Source: Octopus bimaculoides (taxonomy: Eukaryota). From it: DNA of 64,000 nucleotides. Location: positions 13,716,725 to 13,780,724 of the forward strand of contig NC_068998.1 of the NCBI RefSeq assembly GCF_001194135.2, given 5' to 3'. The stretch's first letter is position 1, and each line of letters opens with the position of its first letter. This document shows, one piece after another, positions 63,915 to 64,000 of this stretch. The notes below the pieces were generated by a model. That model worked only from the letters and a program-made list of their open reading frames with translations, had not been told where the DNA came from and did not search any database. The position numbers and the translations under genes are program-made.

Positions 63915-64000
63915 ACGGGCATATGGCGTAGTGGTTCAGTTGAGTACATAACTAAGCTAAAGCTTAGTTATGTACTCAATAGGCTAAAACTTAATGTTTC

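Overview
AT-rich, microsatellite-dense animal genomic DNA with 12 N-gaps. The SINE families look like those of coleoid cephalopods, probably Octopus; this is inferred from recalled repeat sequences, not a database search. No host protein-coding gene could be confidently supported, and nearly all ORF-track calls are microsatellite or N-gap artefacts. Recognisable coding sequence is transposon debris: mariner and hAT transposases, an RT-deleted Ty3/Gypsy pol, CR1-like, L1/Tx1, RTE and R4/Dong-type LINE fragments, and a decayed Penelope-like element (RT plus C-terminal GIY-YIG). About 45 tRNA-derived SINE copies or fragments from several modular families are present. The main unannotated signal is a recurring set of minimal type I hammerhead ribozyme motifs at about 0.3, 16.0, 16.5, 35.0, 53.5, 54.5, 60.2 and 63.7 kb, several inside inverted pseudo-LTR-like structures. 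One sits in a ~280-bp element with a Pol III tRNA-like head and a hammerhead-bearing tail, a candidate Penelope-mobilised SINE with a double fold-back insertion scar. There is also an apparent CpG-depletion boundary near 16-17 kb and a ~400-bp inverted duplication.
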